Of a stretch of DNA of 64,000 nt, positions 49,827 through 60,461 are shown piece after piece (within the stretch, counting starts at the first letter, position 1; the number at the start of each line of letters is the position of its first letter). The stretch lies in NCBI GenBank assembly GCA_017538895.1, contig JAFYHY010000108.1, positions 18,225 to 82,224 on the forward strand. The letters run 5' to 3'. A model generated the notes under the pieces. That model made no database searches, had not been told where the DNA came from, and was given only the letters and a program-made list of their open reading frames with translations. Source of the DNA: Aeriscardovia sp. Lineage in GTDB: Bacteria; Actinomycetota; Actinomycetes; Actinomycetales; Bifidobacteriaceae. A program made the translations under genes and the position numbers.

Positions 49827-49832
49827 AACTTG

Positions 49833-49906
49833 TGCCCCCGCAGGGATTCGAACCCTGGACACGCGGATTAAGAGTCCGCTGCTCTAGCCAACTGAGCTAC
49901 AGGGGC
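49833..49906 (-). tRNA. tRNA-Lys, anticodon CUU; CCA is not encoded
   Basis: Hand-folded: acceptor GCCCCTG/CGGGGGC, D-arm GCTC-AGTTGGCT-AGAGC, anticodon stem GCGGA/TCCGC with loop CTCTTAA, and T-arm CAGGG-TTCGAAT-CCCTG. Confidence 0.93.
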
Positions 49907-49985
49907 TTAGCTGAAATCTATATATTAGTATATATGGATTTATCAGTTAATTGCAAGCTGATTCATTTATTGGCGTGTCGTAAGA

Positions 49986-51551
49986 TTAGTCAGCTATTTT
50001 CGGCATCGGTGTTGTTAATGATGTTGTTAAGTTAATACTTAATAAATTTGCTCCAGTATATAAACGTATCTTTTTTAACGTCACAGTACGCTGGTCTGCT
50101 TCTAACTCATCATTATCTGTAATCGTTGATGGAGATTTAATTGCATTAATACAGAGAGAATTGATGTCTTCATAATGCAGATCTTTTAATAAAGAACAAA
50201 CATGTAAATATGATTCTTTAAACGATGTTTGATATTGAATACGTTCTTTTGGTACTCCATATGATGTCAAAATAAGATTCTCGATTTTTTCAGCTAAAGT
50301 TTTAAAATGAATCGCATGGTGAGATATTTTTTCCTGATCTAGTAATGAGAGTAATGAATCAATTTGATTTGTCAGAATCTCACCACCATGTGTATATAAA
50401 TCTCCGATCAATGGTTCTCTTAAACCAGTGGCGTAAGCATAGTTTCTTAAAGTAGATTCTAATTGTTCTTCACCCTGCCAAAGATTAATTAATGGAATGC
50501 ATGGGATGGAGTTTTTTTCTAGCTGACTGATATTAAACGTATAACGCCATTGTAATTTTGGATTATCAAGCCATGTTGTTGCGCGTGATACTACTACTGC
50601 AGCTTGTGGCATTGGAGCCTGATAACCGCGAACTGCAATATCTAAATACTTTTCTGCTCCTGCATCTGCCCCATAACCTGCTTCAACTAAGACAACATCA
50701 TGTAATGCGCATGCTAATTGAATAGATAAGATACTTGGAATGCCTAATGAAACATTAGCAAATGGGCCACAATGCATATAAACTGGTGATCCTGCTTTCG
50801 TTTTTAACAGCATTGGATCACAGGAATCTCCTAAGATTTTCATGACGTTCTGGGAATCAAGAAGTTCTTGTGCTAATACTGGTTTCCCTTGATATTCACC
50901 AACTGTCATATGATCGATAGCGTTTTGAATATCGTGTTTCGATCGACTTAAAGTAAGAATTTGCATCATTTCACATGTTGGAGTTAAAACTCCTTGTTCC
51001 TCAGTACTACGTTGAGTTGAAGAAAAAACAGTGATATGACGTAATGCTCGTGATGGGATTTCAAAAACACGAGGAATTGTGATGGTGTCCAATAGACCTT
51101 TTTCAAAGGCTTGTTCTGCATGAGCTACAATAAGATTTTGAGCTTCACCAATACGTGACATTTCTCCAAATAAGCCAAAATCTGCAAGAGTAGAATCTTG
51201 TAAAGAGGCTTCTCCACCTCCGGATGCTCCACCTTTTGTACCTGCTGCAGTAATACCCATGCTTGGTTGTCGCAATACAGCAACAGCATCAATTCCTCTG
51301 GATCGTAATGCATCGGTTAATGCGATTGTTGCAGTTGTCTTTCCTTCACCGCGCGACGCTTGTAATGGCGTATCAGCAGTAATCAGTATTACTTTTCCCT
51401 GTTTATGAAATTGTTGTGGGTTATTATTCAGCGCATCTAAGAAATCAAATGCTTTAATTTTTATATCGTTACTATAAAAGGAACAGAATGGGCGAATAAA
51501 ATTAATCAGTGCTTGATTAGTAATAAAAGGTAAAGAATACTCTGGAACCAC
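49986..51551 (-). CDS. Highly diverged formate--tetrahydrofolate ligase (FTHFS) family protein
   Basis: Collinear with FTHFS as I recall it (GEGKTT, PS.G.....KGGA.GGG, GPFAN, EAGYGAD.GAEK), but several signature segments are altered. GTG start. Confidence 0.65.
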   Translation of the reverse strand: MVPEYSLPFITNQALINFIRPFCSFYSNDIKIKAFDFLDALNNNPQQFHKQGKVILITADTPLQASRGEGKTTATIALTDALRSRGIDAVAVLRQPSMGITAAGTKGGASGGGEASLQDSTLADFGLFGEMSRIGEAQNLIVAHAEQAFEKGLLDTITIPRVFEIPSRALRHITVFSSTQRSTEEQGVLTPTCEMMQILTLSRSKHDIQNAIDHMTVGEYQGKPVLAQELLDSQNVMKILGDSCDPMLLKTKAGSPVYMHCGPFANVSLGIPSILSIQLACALHDVVLVEAGYGADAGAEKYLDIAVRGYQAPMPQAAVVVSRATTWLDNPKLQWRYTFNISQLEKNSIPCIPLINLWQGEEQLESTLRNYAYATGLREPLIGDLYTHGGEILTNQIDSLLSLLDQEKISHHAIHFKTLAEKIENLILTSYGVPKERIQYQTSFKESYLHVCSLLKDLHYEDINSLCINAIKSPSTITDNDELEADQRTVTLKKIRLYTGANLLSINLTTSLTTPMPKIAD

Positions 51552-51672
51552 TATGACAACTTTCTCTGGAAATGTAAGCAGCTATGAAATAAAAGGGATG
51601 GAAGCCCCAAATTGGTACAAAGATTGCTCTGTTCTATTCGTGTTTAGACTAAAAGATTAACTAGACAATGAG

Positions 51673-51722
51673 GTAAGTAAAAGAGGGTAACTATCATATG
51701 ATGGTTACCCTCTTTTACTTAC
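51673..51722 (-). terminator. 50-nt near-perfect palindrome after the dipeptidase gene
   Basis: gtaagtaaaagagggtaac...gttaccctcttttacttac. Pairing continues through the centre with one G-T wobble. Confidence 0.7.
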
Positions 51723-51738
51723 TGATCAGTGATTCAGA

Positions 51739-53268
51739 TCAGTTATCAGAAAGGAAGAAGCCATTCTTCATGCGCATGGAGCTGATATACAAGATGGAGC
51801 TTAATAGTTCATCTGTATCTTTCTTCAACATATCGCATTCTTTCTGATTTGCTTCTTCAAGCATCTTATGAATGTTCTTATTGTTCATGTCATCGAGATC
51901 ATAATCTGTCTTGACAAGTGCTGCATCAGTCAAGCGAACATTTGCATGTCCGTAAGATAATGTCTTTTCTTGGTAGCGATTAATCTCTGTGCTGCTTTCA
52001 TTGTAATGTCCGTCAGCCAAAGCTGCAATGAGACGATTTGCCCAGTAGTGATAATCAGGAGTGACACGATCGTCAGCACCGGCTAGATATTCTGGAGTGG
52101 TATCTACATTGGTGTAGACCGGGACCAATGTGTTGAATGGATTAGATCCAAGTGCGACCCACTGAATAGAGCGGAATGATTCTGGTGCGTATGGGCGAAT
52201 CTGAAGAATGGACAACTCGCTGGTACGGTTGATTCCGATTGGACGATATTGATGACGAGATTCACTAGTGCCCTTGTCTCCATATGGATCATATGGAGTG
52301 CGGTTATAGTGACCGTTCATGCAATACTTAACATCTTCGATAGTAACTTTACGTTCTGGTTGGCGTGCCCATGGAATGTCATCAGATTCTGGAGTATGTA
52401 ATGCGTCTGGTGAATCCCAATCCTCATCGTAAGGGTTAAGATAACGTTGCATAAACCATGCACGTGGTGTGTTGTAAACATGATCGGTATCAGAACGTGA
52501 TCCGAAGAAATCACGTGGGTTGAAACGATCTGAATCTCCATCAACGCTTACGTTAAGATGGTTATCTTCAATGAATTCACGAAGATCTGCGGAGCACATA
52601 TGTTCTTTTTGTTCTCCTAATGCGTCTTCGAGATCAAATTCATCGATACCAAGTTGATTTGGCATGGTTACATAGCAATCGTCTGGGACACGCTTTGCCA
52701 TCCAATGGTGGCCACCAATAGTTTCTAACCACCAAATCTCATCAGCATCTGCGAATCCGATAGCATTTGGCTCATAAGTTCCGTACTTTTCAAGTAAGGA
52801 GCCAAGACGAATAACACCTTCACGTGCAGACTTAATGTAAGGAAGAACGATGGTGACGAGATCTTCTTCACCAATACCGCCAGCGATTTCAGGCTGATAG
52901 TTATCGTCGCCTTCCTTGCCGACAGCCTTCTGGAATTCAATGTAAGGATCAGCACCAAGAACGCGTTCGTTCGTTGTGATAGTTTCTGTTGCGGTCATTG
53001 CAACATTGGCTTCGTTGATACCAGCTTCACCCCAGATACCATCACCACGAGTTGAATCTGGAATATTGGTGTAACGCAATGGATTCCCTGGAAGATCCAT
53101 TTCAACGTGGCTGCATACGGAGCGGTAGTGTCGTGGTTGGTCTTCTGGCTGAACAACCACTAATTTCTTAACGTTGAACATACCATTTGGGGTATCTTCA
53201 TTACGAGCCATGATGGTAGAGCCATCATAGCTAGCATTCTTACCGACTAGCAAAGTAGTGCATGCCAT
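51739..53268 (-). CDS. pepD: C69-family dipeptidase
   Basis: N-terminal nucleophile context MACTTLLVGKNASYDGSTIMARNED; the 509-aa length is typical of C69. Confidence 0.88.
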   Translation of the reverse strand: MACTTLLVGKNASYDGSTIMARNEDTPNGMFNVKKLVVVQPEDQPRHYRSVCSHVEMDLPGNPLRYTNIPDSTRGDGIWGEAGINEANVAMTATETITTNERVLGADPYIEFQKAVGKEGDDNYQPEIAGGIGEEDLVTIVLPYIKSAREGVIRLGSLLEKYGTYEPNAIGFADADEIWWLETIGGHHWMAKRVPDDCYVTMPNQLGIDEFDLEDALGEQKEHMCSADLREFIEDNHLNVSVDGDSDRFNPRDFFGSRSDTDHVYNTPRAWFMQRYLNPYDEDWDSPDALHTPESDDIPWARQPERKVTIEDVKYCMNGHYNRTPYDPYGDKGTSESRHQYRPIGINRTSELSILQIRPYAPESFRSIQWVALGSNPFNTLVPVYTNVDTTPEYLAGADDRVTPDYHYWANRLIAALADGHYNESSTEINRYQEKTLSYGHANVRLTDAALVKTDYDLDDMNNKNIHKMLEEANQKECDMLKKDTDELLSSILYISSMRMKNGFFLSDN

Positions 53269-53445
53269 GGTGTTAACCTCTTTTCTTTTGCCTAATTCAA
53301 ATAAAGCACATCACAACATTAAAGGCATTTCAATCAATAAATATACTGATATCGATACCAAAGATTTTGTAATATCCTCTTTATTAAGGGTACCGTCATT
53401 CTGTAAAGTAATGTCAATAAATCTCAGACAAATACTCTATATTTT

Positions 53446-54021
53446 CTATTTTCGTCCACGCAAAAGGATAGCGTCTGTTTCTATTCCTGGACCATGAGAC
53501 AAATCAATAGAAGCTCCAAGTGAGCGAAGAGCGTCATACATCTTATTGAGAGGAAATCCTTGTTTAAGTCCTTGTAATGGTTCTTTTGTAGCCCATACTC
53601 TCAACATATAGAAATGATCTTCGTTTGGTGGTTTTGGTCCTGCATAACGTTGTGCCACATTTGGATCAGTAATGCCAATGAAACGAGATACGTGTGAATT
53701 GTTCCCTTGTAATACTTCTGGCATCATTGACACAACAGAACGACTAAAGTCAGCTGGGATTTGTAATACTGTTGGATCATCTTTAGCAAACATAACTGCA
53801 TCAATTGGCAGATTAGCAAGACTCCAGTGAATCCATGTAAAACCGCATACAGGAATTGAACCATCATCTAAGAAAGCCCAATGAAGATATTTCATTGAAG
53901 GGTCAATATCATGCAGTTGGAATGGGAAAGACACTACTGTAGAACCATTAACTTTATTTTCCTCAGGAGCATACTTGGCATACTCGTCAGGTATGGTATC
54001 AAATTCAGTTGAGATATACAT
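53446..54021 (-). CDS. YbhB/YbcL-family (PEBP / Raf-kinase-inhibitor-like) protein
   Basis: HW.L.N.P and Y.GP.PP...H.Y....A motif pattern. Confidence 0.7.
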   Translation of the reverse strand: MYISTEFDTIPDEYAKYAPEENKVNGSTVVSFPFQLHDIDPSMKYLHWAFLDDGSIPVCGFTWIHWSLANLPIDAVMFAKDDPTVLQIPADFSRSVVSMMPEVLQGNNSHVSRFIGITDPNVAQRYAGPKPPNEDHFYMLRVWATKEPLQGLKQGFPLNKMYDALRSLGASIDLSHGPGIETDAILLRGRK

Positions 54022-54083
54022 ATCTCCAGTATCGCAACTTATTTAAAAGATTGCTGAATAGAAACGGCAAATTGATAAGAAAT

Positions 54084-55268
54084 TTATAAAGAAATGAGCG
54101 AGCATAAAAGTGCTTCAATTATTAAAGGAAGCATTCCATTTCCATGTAACCTGTCACGTGCTACCGTTATGAATTGAACTTTTCGTAAGACATCTTGTTG
54201 TGATAGAGCTACCGATAAATTAGTTAATTCTTCTTCTTGTTCCTTATTAATCAGCGTAATAGATGAATTAGCACGTGCTTGAATAACTGCTACATCACGA
54301 TAAATTGATTCAATATCTGCAATCATTTGATCAAGCACATCACGAATAAAGCGTGTTGTTAATCGTTTACGTTCTGCTGATGATCCAATACGGTTATACT
54401 GTGCGCGGGTTTCAGAATCTAATTGTGATAAGGTTACTGCCTCAGCATCATAACCATGAACAGTTAGGAAAAGTTTCTGCTGTTTTTTAACCGATGCATC
54501 ACTTTCAGATTGCCCATATTCTTGTGCTTTGTTAACCATATCTCGAGCAAGAACAACCGCACCGGACGTATTTTTTAGGGCAAGAACCCGATTAATTAAC
54601 TGCTCTCGATCTAATAAAACATTGCGCTGTGTAAAATAAACCAGCGCACGGTTGATATCCCCTTGCGCTAAACGTGCTGCTTGCGCGGCATAAGAGCATC
54701 GCAAAGTAGATTGCTGAGCATTCTGATCATCAGTACATTCGGTTAAGAGATAGTCTGTAATTTCTTCCTCTGTTGGGATTGCACAATGAACAGTACGTAC
54801 ACGTGATCGTATTGTTGGTAAAACATTTTGCAATGAGGATGTACAGAGAATCCAGAGAGTATGAGGAGTTGGTTCTTCAATAGCTTTTAAGAGTACATTT
54901 GATGACCGTTCTGACATACGACTGATATCTGTAATGATCATGATGCGCCACGGACCTATGACCGGCATCTGTTCTGATTGGCTAATAAAATCCCTGACTT
55001 CATCAATCGGAATGATGACATTATCAGTTGATAATGTCATCACATCTGGAAATGATTTAGTCTGAATCTCATGACATATAGAACAGGTATTATCCCCATG
55101 TTTAGGGCATTCTAATGCCATAGCAAAAGCTTGGGCAAGATCAATTCTTGTTTTCTCTTCATGACCAATAAAAAGCCATGATTGCGCTAATTTATCTGAA
55201 TTATTAATTGCAAATTGTAAAAGAGAAATAATTTTCTCTTGCCCAATAAAGTGATCCCAAATATTCAT
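54084..55268 (-). CDS. holB: DNA polymerase III subunit delta'
   Basis: Position after tmk, an AAA+-like N-terminus with a Cys cluster (CP.HGDNTCSICH), and the sensor segment LLKAIEEP....W.L. Confidence 0.8.
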   Translation of the reverse strand: MNIWDHFIGQEKIISLLQFAINNSDKLAQSWLFIGHEEKTRIDLAQAFAMALECPKHGDNTCSICHEIQTKSFPDVMTLSTDNVIIPIDEVRDFISQSEQMPVIGPWRIMIITDISRMSERSSNVLLKAIEEPTPHTLWILCTSSLQNVLPTIRSRVRTVHCAIPTEEEITDYLLTECTDDQNAQQSTLRCSYAAQAARLAQGDINRALVYFTQRNVLLDREQLINRVLALKNTSGAVVLARDMVNKAQEYGQSESDASVKKQQKLFLTVHGYDAEAVTLSQLDSETRAQYNRIGSSAERKRLTTRFIRDVLDQMIADIESIYRDVAVIQARANSSITLINKEQEEELTNLSVALSQQDVLRKVQFITVARDRLHGNGMLPLIIEALLCSLISL

Positions 55269-55271
55269 ACT

Positions 55272-55940
55272 TCAACATTCTTTATAGTGTTGTAAGAGAC
55301 GATCGATATCGGTTTTAATTTGTTGCCACACATTATCGATGTCTTGTGAGGCATCAATAACAACAATACGATCTGAATGATTTTTAGCAAGATTTAAGAA
55401 TTCTTGACGTGTACGATCTTGGAATGGCTCTGGTTCTGATTCTAAACGATCTGATACTCGTGTTGTTTCGAAACGTGAGCGAGCGCTAGTTGGATCAATA
55501 TCTAAAAGATATGTACGGTCTGCTTGTAGACCTTTGGTTGCCCAATCGCTTAGTCCTTCAATCGCAGCTTCATTTAACTCACGACCGCCTGATTGATATG
55601 CGATAGAGGAATCAATGTATCGATCAGAAATAACGATGATTCCTTTGCATAAACGAGGATAAACAAATTCTGAGATATGTTCAGAACGATCTGCTGCATA
55701 GAGTAATGCTTCAGCTCGTTCATCAATACGCGGTGCACCTTCTTCTGGTGTAGTCAGTAAGAGCTGTCGAATGGCTTTACCTAAAGCAGTGCCACCTGGT
55801 TCTTTTGTTAATTCACTTGGTACCTTGCAGTCTTGCTCTAAATATTGTTGTAGTTTTACCGCTTGAGTTGTTTTTCCTGCTCCGTCTACTCCTTCAAAAG
55901 TAATAAATAATCCTGGATATTTACGTTTATTATCACTCAT
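55272..55940 (-). CDS. tmk: Thymidylate kinase
   Basis: P-loop FITFEGVDGAGKTTQ and a DRY motif (SDRYIDSSIAYQ). ATGA overlap with the topA stop. Confidence 0.93.
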   Translation of the reverse strand: MSDNKRKYPGLFITFEGVDGAGKTTQAVKLQQYLEQDCKVPSELTKEPGGTALGKAIRQLLLTTPEEGAPRIDERAEALLYAADRSEHISEFVYPRLCKGIIVISDRYIDSSIAYQSGGRELNEAAIEGLSDWATKGLQADRTYLLDIDPTSARSRFETTRVSDRLESEPEPFQDRTRQEFLNLAKNHSDRIVVIDASQDIDNVWQQIKTDIDRLLQHYKEC

Positions 55941-58651
55941 TCTTTTACTTTCGTTGCACGCTTTTTAGTTGTCTTCTTAGCTGTAGTCTTACGAGTCCGT
56001 CGTGTTGGACCTTGGAGACGTTTTTGTTCGAGCAAAGAAAAGGCAACTTCAGGTTCAATACTCTCTATGGTATATGTCTTTGGTAATGTCCTATTTGTTG
56101 TACCATCGGTAATATATGCACCGTAGAATCCGTCTTTGATAACAACAGGTTTACCTGTTTGTGGATCAGTTCCTAATTCACGTAATGGTTCTTTGGAGCT
56201 TTTGCGACGAGATTGTTTTGGTTGATTAAACTTTTCTTGTGCTTCAGCGAGAGTAATTGTGAAAATTTCTTCTTGTGAATCAAGAGTTCGTGTTTCAGGT
56301 TTACTTGATTCGCTGCTATCATATGTCTGTGTCAGATATGGACCATAGCGACCATTGTTAGCAGCAATGGTATATACCTGAGACTCACCTGTTTGAGACT
56401 CTTTTGTATATGTTCCAATAATGCGTGGAAGGCTCAACAACTGTAAAGCTTGTTCGAGAGTAACTGTATCTGGATTCATCGAGGTAAATAAAGAAGCCAT
56501 TTTTGGTTTTTGCTTTGTTTTAGTCTTGCTAGCTTCCTCATTTGTTTCTGGCGGAATGAGAGCCACATAAGATCCGAATCGTCCGGTGCGTACTACGACG
56601 CTATTCCCTTTTTCATCATAACCTAATACGTGATTGAATGTATTGCGATGGATGATATCTCGGGCTATATCAACAGTTAATTCATCTGGAGCAATATCCG
56701 CATTGACAAGAGAAGCACGTTGCGGTGTGCCATCTGAATCACAATTCTTCGTGTCTTCAACATATGGTCCATATTTACCAACACGAACATTAATACCATC
56801 ACCAATCTCGATTGTATTAATCATCTTGGCATCAATATCACCTAATTGCGATACTTGCTGTTGTAATCCTTCGACAGCATCTTGCGCATTATGCACTGAC
56901 TGCTCTGATGTTCCAAAATAGAATTCAGTGAGCCAATCTAGTTCAGTTTCATTACCTTGTGCAATGTGATCTAAACCTTTTTCCATACGTGCGGTAAATG
57001 CGTAATCAATTAACTGTGGGAATTTAAGTTCAAGAAGATGAACAACGCAGAAAGCCAACCATGATGGAATCATTTGTCGTTTGCGTTCATAGACGTAGCC
57101 ACGATCAATAACTGTTGAAATAATACTGGCATATGTTGATGGTCGACCAATCTCATTATCTTCCAATTCACCTACCAGACTTGATTCTGTAAATCTGGCT
57201 GGAGGTTGAGTGGCATGTTGATCAATCGTAATTTCATTTACTGCTACAACAGTACCTTGTGCTAAATCAGGAAGTGGTGTGCTTGCAGATTTCTCTGTTT
57301 TATACAATGCTGAGAAACCAGGGAAATGAATAATAGTTCCACTGACTTTAAATACTGCTTTGCCATAGTTTTCTGTTTCAGTGGCGAGACGAATTGTTGA
57401 TGTATCACCGACAACATCTGCCATCTGTGAGGCAACAGTACGTTGCCAAATCAATGTATAGAGTTGTAGTTGCTCGGGAGTAACACGATCAGCGATATCT
57501 TCTGGCAAACGGAATTCCGAACCTGCTGGGCGAATAGCTTCATGTGCTTCTTGTGCTCCAGCAACAGTATTTTTGAACTGTCGTGGTTCTGGTGATAAAT
57601 AATCCTCACCAAATCGTGTGCGAACTGTTTGTCGTGCAGCCTGAATAGCTTCATCTGATAAGGTGACGGAGTCAGTTCGCATGTACGTAATAAAACCATT
57701 TTCATATAATGCTTGTGCAAGACGCATTATTGTTCGGCTTGGCATATGCAATCGGTTACCTGCAACCTGTTGCAATGTTGATGTTGTAAATGGTGCTTCC
57801 GCATGACGCGTATACGGACGTGTTTCATTACTCTCAACGGTAAAATCTTTACCTTGAATAAGAGTAGATAACGTTTGTGCTGTTTCATTTGAAATATGGA
57901 CAGCATTCTCTAATTGTGCTTTATCAATTAGTTGTCCATTATTATCAAAATCTTTTGATGTGACAAGACGATGATTATTGAGTTCAACGAAACGCGCATC
58001 GAATGAGGTGTTATCAGCAGTAAAATGTGCAACTAAATCACAATATGTTGCACTGACAAAGGCAATACGCTCACGCTCACGCTCAACAATCATGCGAGTA
58101 ACAACTGACTGCACACGACCTGCTGATAGTTTTGGAGCAATTTTTTTCCAGAGAACTGGCGATAATTCATAACCATACAAACGATCAAGAATACGACGTG
58201 TTTCTTGTGCAGCAACCATATTCTGGTCAATATCACGCGTATGATTCAAGGACTTGTGAATGGCGTCTTGTGTAATCTCCTGGAAAGTCATTCTTTTGAC
58301 AGGAATTTTTGGTTTTAATGTTTGAACAAGATGCCATGCAATTGCTTCTCCTTCACGATCCTCATCGGTAGCAAGGTAGAGCTCTGTCGCATTTTTCAAT
58401 GCATTTTTTAGTTCTGCAACAGTATCTTTTTTATCTGCACTAATGATGTAATACGGTTTGAATCCATCTTGGATATCGACACCAAATTTACCGTATTTTT
58501 CTTTTTTCGATGATGGTACTTGCGATGGCTGAGCAAGGTCACGAATATGACCAACTGATGCCATAACCGTATATTGATCACCTAAATACCCCTGTATTTT
58601 TGTTGCTTTTGCAGGTGATTCTACGATCACAAGCTTGGTACCAGATACCAT
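55937..58651 (-). CDS. topA: DNA topoisomerase I, actinobacterial type (Lys-rich C-terminal tail, no Zn fingers)
   Basis: TOPRIM LVIVESPAKA and ATDEDREGEAI, catalytic-Tyr context GFITYMRTDS, and repeated C-terminal GRFG.Y / GRYGPY motifs. Confidence 0.96.
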   Translation of the reverse strand: MVSGTKLVIVESPAKATKIQGYLGDQYTVMASVGHIRDLAQPSQVPSSKKEKYGKFGVDIQDGFKPYYIISADKKDTVAELKNALKNATELYLATDEDREGEAIAWHLVQTLKPKIPVKRMTFQEITQDAIHKSLNHTRDIDQNMVAAQETRRILDRLYGYELSPVLWKKIAPKLSAGRVQSVVTRMIVERERERIAFVSATYCDLVAHFTADNTSFDARFVELNNHRLVTSKDFDNNGQLIDKAQLENAVHISNETAQTLSTLIQGKDFTVESNETRPYTRHAEAPFTTSTLQQVAGNRLHMPSRTIMRLAQALYENGFITYMRTDSVTLSDEAIQAARQTVRTRFGEDYLSPEPRQFKNTVAGAQEAHEAIRPAGSEFRLPEDIADRVTPEQLQLYTLIWQRTVASQMADVVGDTSTIRLATETENYGKAVFKVSGTIIHFPGFSALYKTEKSASTPLPDLAQGTVVAVNEITIDQHATQPPARFTESSLVGELEDNEIGRPSTYASIISTVIDRGYVYERKRQMIPSWLAFCVVHLLELKFPQLIDYAFTARMEKGLDHIAQGNETELDWLTEFYFGTSEQSVHNAQDAVEGLQQQVSQLGDIDAKMINTIEIGDGINVRVGKYGPYVEDTKNCDSDGTPQRASLVNADIAPDELTVDIARDIIHRNTFNHVLGYDEKGNSVVVRTGRFGSYVALIPPETNEEASKTKTKQKPKMASLFTSMNPDTVTLEQALQLLSLPRIIGTYTKESQTGESQVYTIAANNGRYGPYLTQTYDSSESSKPETRTLDSQEEIFTITLAEAQEKFNQPKQSRRKSSKEPLRELGTDPQTGKPVVIKDGFYGAYITDGTTNRTLPKTYTIESIEPEVAFSLLEQKRLQGPTRRTRKTTAKKTTKKRATKVKE

Positions 58652-58734
58652 CGTATTTCCTTTCGTCCACTCACATCTAGTATTTTTTCATATCAGCTGT
58701 TATGTATGCAATGTATAGCAATTGAGAACATGGA

Positions 58735-58764
58735 GAAAAAGCAGACTTATTTTTTTGCTTTTTC
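58735..58764 (-). terminator. Hairpin after the PAP2-like gene
   Basis: gaaaaagca / tgctttttc forms a 9-bp stem 34 nt after the stop. Confidence 0.45.
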
Positions 58765-58797
58765 ATCATAAATGAAAAATAATCTACTCCTGATTGT

Positions 58798-60339
58798 TCA
58801 CTTTTGTGATGGTTCTGGTGGTGGTCCAACAAGTCCTAATGCTGATAATGGTGAGGCTGTGATCTGTCGCATAATTACGATGAGTGAGCTACCAAATAAT
58901 GCAACAGACCCAATCAGAATAAAAGCAACAAGAATAGCTGGTCGTTCAACCCATACTGCTGTATATCCTAAACCAGGTAAAACTTGGCTAATAAGATAAA
59001 TGCCGTAACCAATTCCGAATAAACTAGCAATTAATGTAATCGTTGATATCACTTGAAGAATAGGACTACTGTGCCTTTTCCCAGGTTTATCCATTCCTGT
59101 ATTATGAGTCAATCCTAAAATAATCAGAGTGACACCCGTGATTAAGGAAAAAGCGACAATAACATCCGATGGTCTATGCCATTGTTCAACAACAAGAGAA
59201 GTACCAACGGTGGTCATGATGACAGCATCAAGAAGATAGATGATCCAACGCCATGCTGCGTTAACAGAGATCAAAAGAACAACGCAGGCTGCAAAGATAG
59301 CAATTGAGTGTCCTGAAGGAGACGTGTTCTTTATACTTGCAGAACTGTGATCCAACAAAGGGCGAGGCAAACAACGCTTTAATGTAAGCCCTAAAATAAG
59401 GCAAATGGCACTAAAAATAGCTTCTTGTACTAAAAGCCACCATCGTTTCCTACATAAAGTAATAATAATGCCGACAATAAAAATAATGGTAATAACACCA
59501 ATAATATAATCAGGTGTTGTGCAGAATGTAATTATTGGCATAACACAGTGGGCATGTATTTCAAATGCTGTGTGTGCTTTTTCCCAAACAAGATCATCAA
59601 ATTCTTGACCTTCAAGAGTTTGTACAGCAATCCACCATACTGCTGCTGCGCATAAAATCATAAGACTGCCCAGTAAATAACACCATACTGTAGCTGCTTT
59701 ATGTGGATGATGCAGTACTGTATCTTTAATAATCAACGCTTGCAGATCAGATAGTTGAGTACCATTGATTTTTAAATGAGCGCGAGATGGTTGCGCAGCA
59801 GATAATATTTGTGCGCTTGGAGATAATGCTGTTTGCGGTACCTTGATTGGTGCCATAGTAATTGTCTGTGATGCTAAATCAGGATGCTCAATTTCAAGAT
59901 TAATATTGTCATTATTATCGTTAATGTCGTCGACATTATCATCGTCTATGACATTATCTACTTCATCTTGAGCTATATCCCTATCAGCTGATAAGGCTTG
60001 TAATACTTCACTGATACTTCCTGGCTCATCAGCAGAACGGTCAATATCACTTTCCAGAAGTGGCGTTTGATGATCTAAGTATTCCTGATCAGAGATTGAT
60101 GCCTCAGATGCTGGAGGTACTGGAACTGGAGGAACAGCTTCAATGTGCTCCTGCTTGTGTTTCTGTGGTTGTGGAGGTGTAGGTGGTATATAAGATAAAG
60201 CTGCCTTCGTATTTTCAATAGACGTGGGTGTATCCTTCTGGTTTACCGGTGCTTCTTTTTGACTAGTAAGCATATCAAAGACACGTTTATACCCACTAGA
60301 TTGTGATCTATCAGTGTATTGATCTTGATGTTCACTCAT
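58798..60339 (-). CDS. PAP2-superfamily phosphatase-like polytopic membrane protein with a roughly 190-aa acidic/Pro-rich N-terminal region
   Basis: The spacing LKRCLPRP...SPSGHS...HRPSD resembles the PAP2 tripartite motif. Multiple TM helices are present. Confidence 0.6.
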   Translation of the reverse strand: MSEHQDQYTDRSQSSGYKRVFDMLTSQKEAPVNQKDTPTSIENTKAALSYIPPTPPQPQKHKQEHIEAVPPVPVPPASEASISDQEYLDHQTPLLESDIDRSADEPGSISEVLQALSADRDIAQDEVDNVIDDDNVDDINDNNDNINLEIEHPDLASQTITMAPIKVPQTALSPSAQILSAAQPSRAHLKINGTQLSDLQALIIKDTVLHHPHKAATVWCYLLGSLMILCAAAVWWIAVQTLEGQEFDDLVWEKAHTAFEIHAHCVMPIITFCTTPDYIIGVITIIFIVGIIITLCRKRWWLLVQEAIFSAICLILGLTLKRCLPRPLLDHSSASIKNTSPSGHSIAIFAACVVLLISVNAAWRWIIYLLDAVIMTTVGTSLVVEQWHRPSDVIVAFSLITGVTLIILGLTHNTGMDKPGKRHSSPILQVISTITLIASLFGIGYGIYLISQVLPGLGYTAVWVERPAILVAFILIGSVALFGSSLIVIMRQITASPLSALGLVGPPPEPSQK

Positions 60340-60452
60340 GACATTGACTTTAGAGAAGAGTATAGAGAATTTACTGAAAATAAAATAAAAACTCTCACGT
60401 ACCCGTCAGAGACCACTTACCCTTGCTGCATTCCTGCCCTGGGGGGGTTGGG

Positions 60453-60461
60453 TGATATAAC
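60453..60461 (+). promoter_or_regulatory. Candidate extended -10 element (TGaTATAAC) for glf
   Basis: tgatataac lies 117 nt upstream of the glf ATG, immediately 3' of a G7 tract. There is no strong -35. This is sequence pattern only. Confidence 0.3.

Noticed and set aside
49635-50035. Genomic island integrated at tRNA-Lys
   Set aside because: There is no integrase, no direct repeat of the tRNA 3' end, and no phage or mobile genes on either side. The ORF 49832-50035 in the track merely overlaps the tRNA on the opposite strand.
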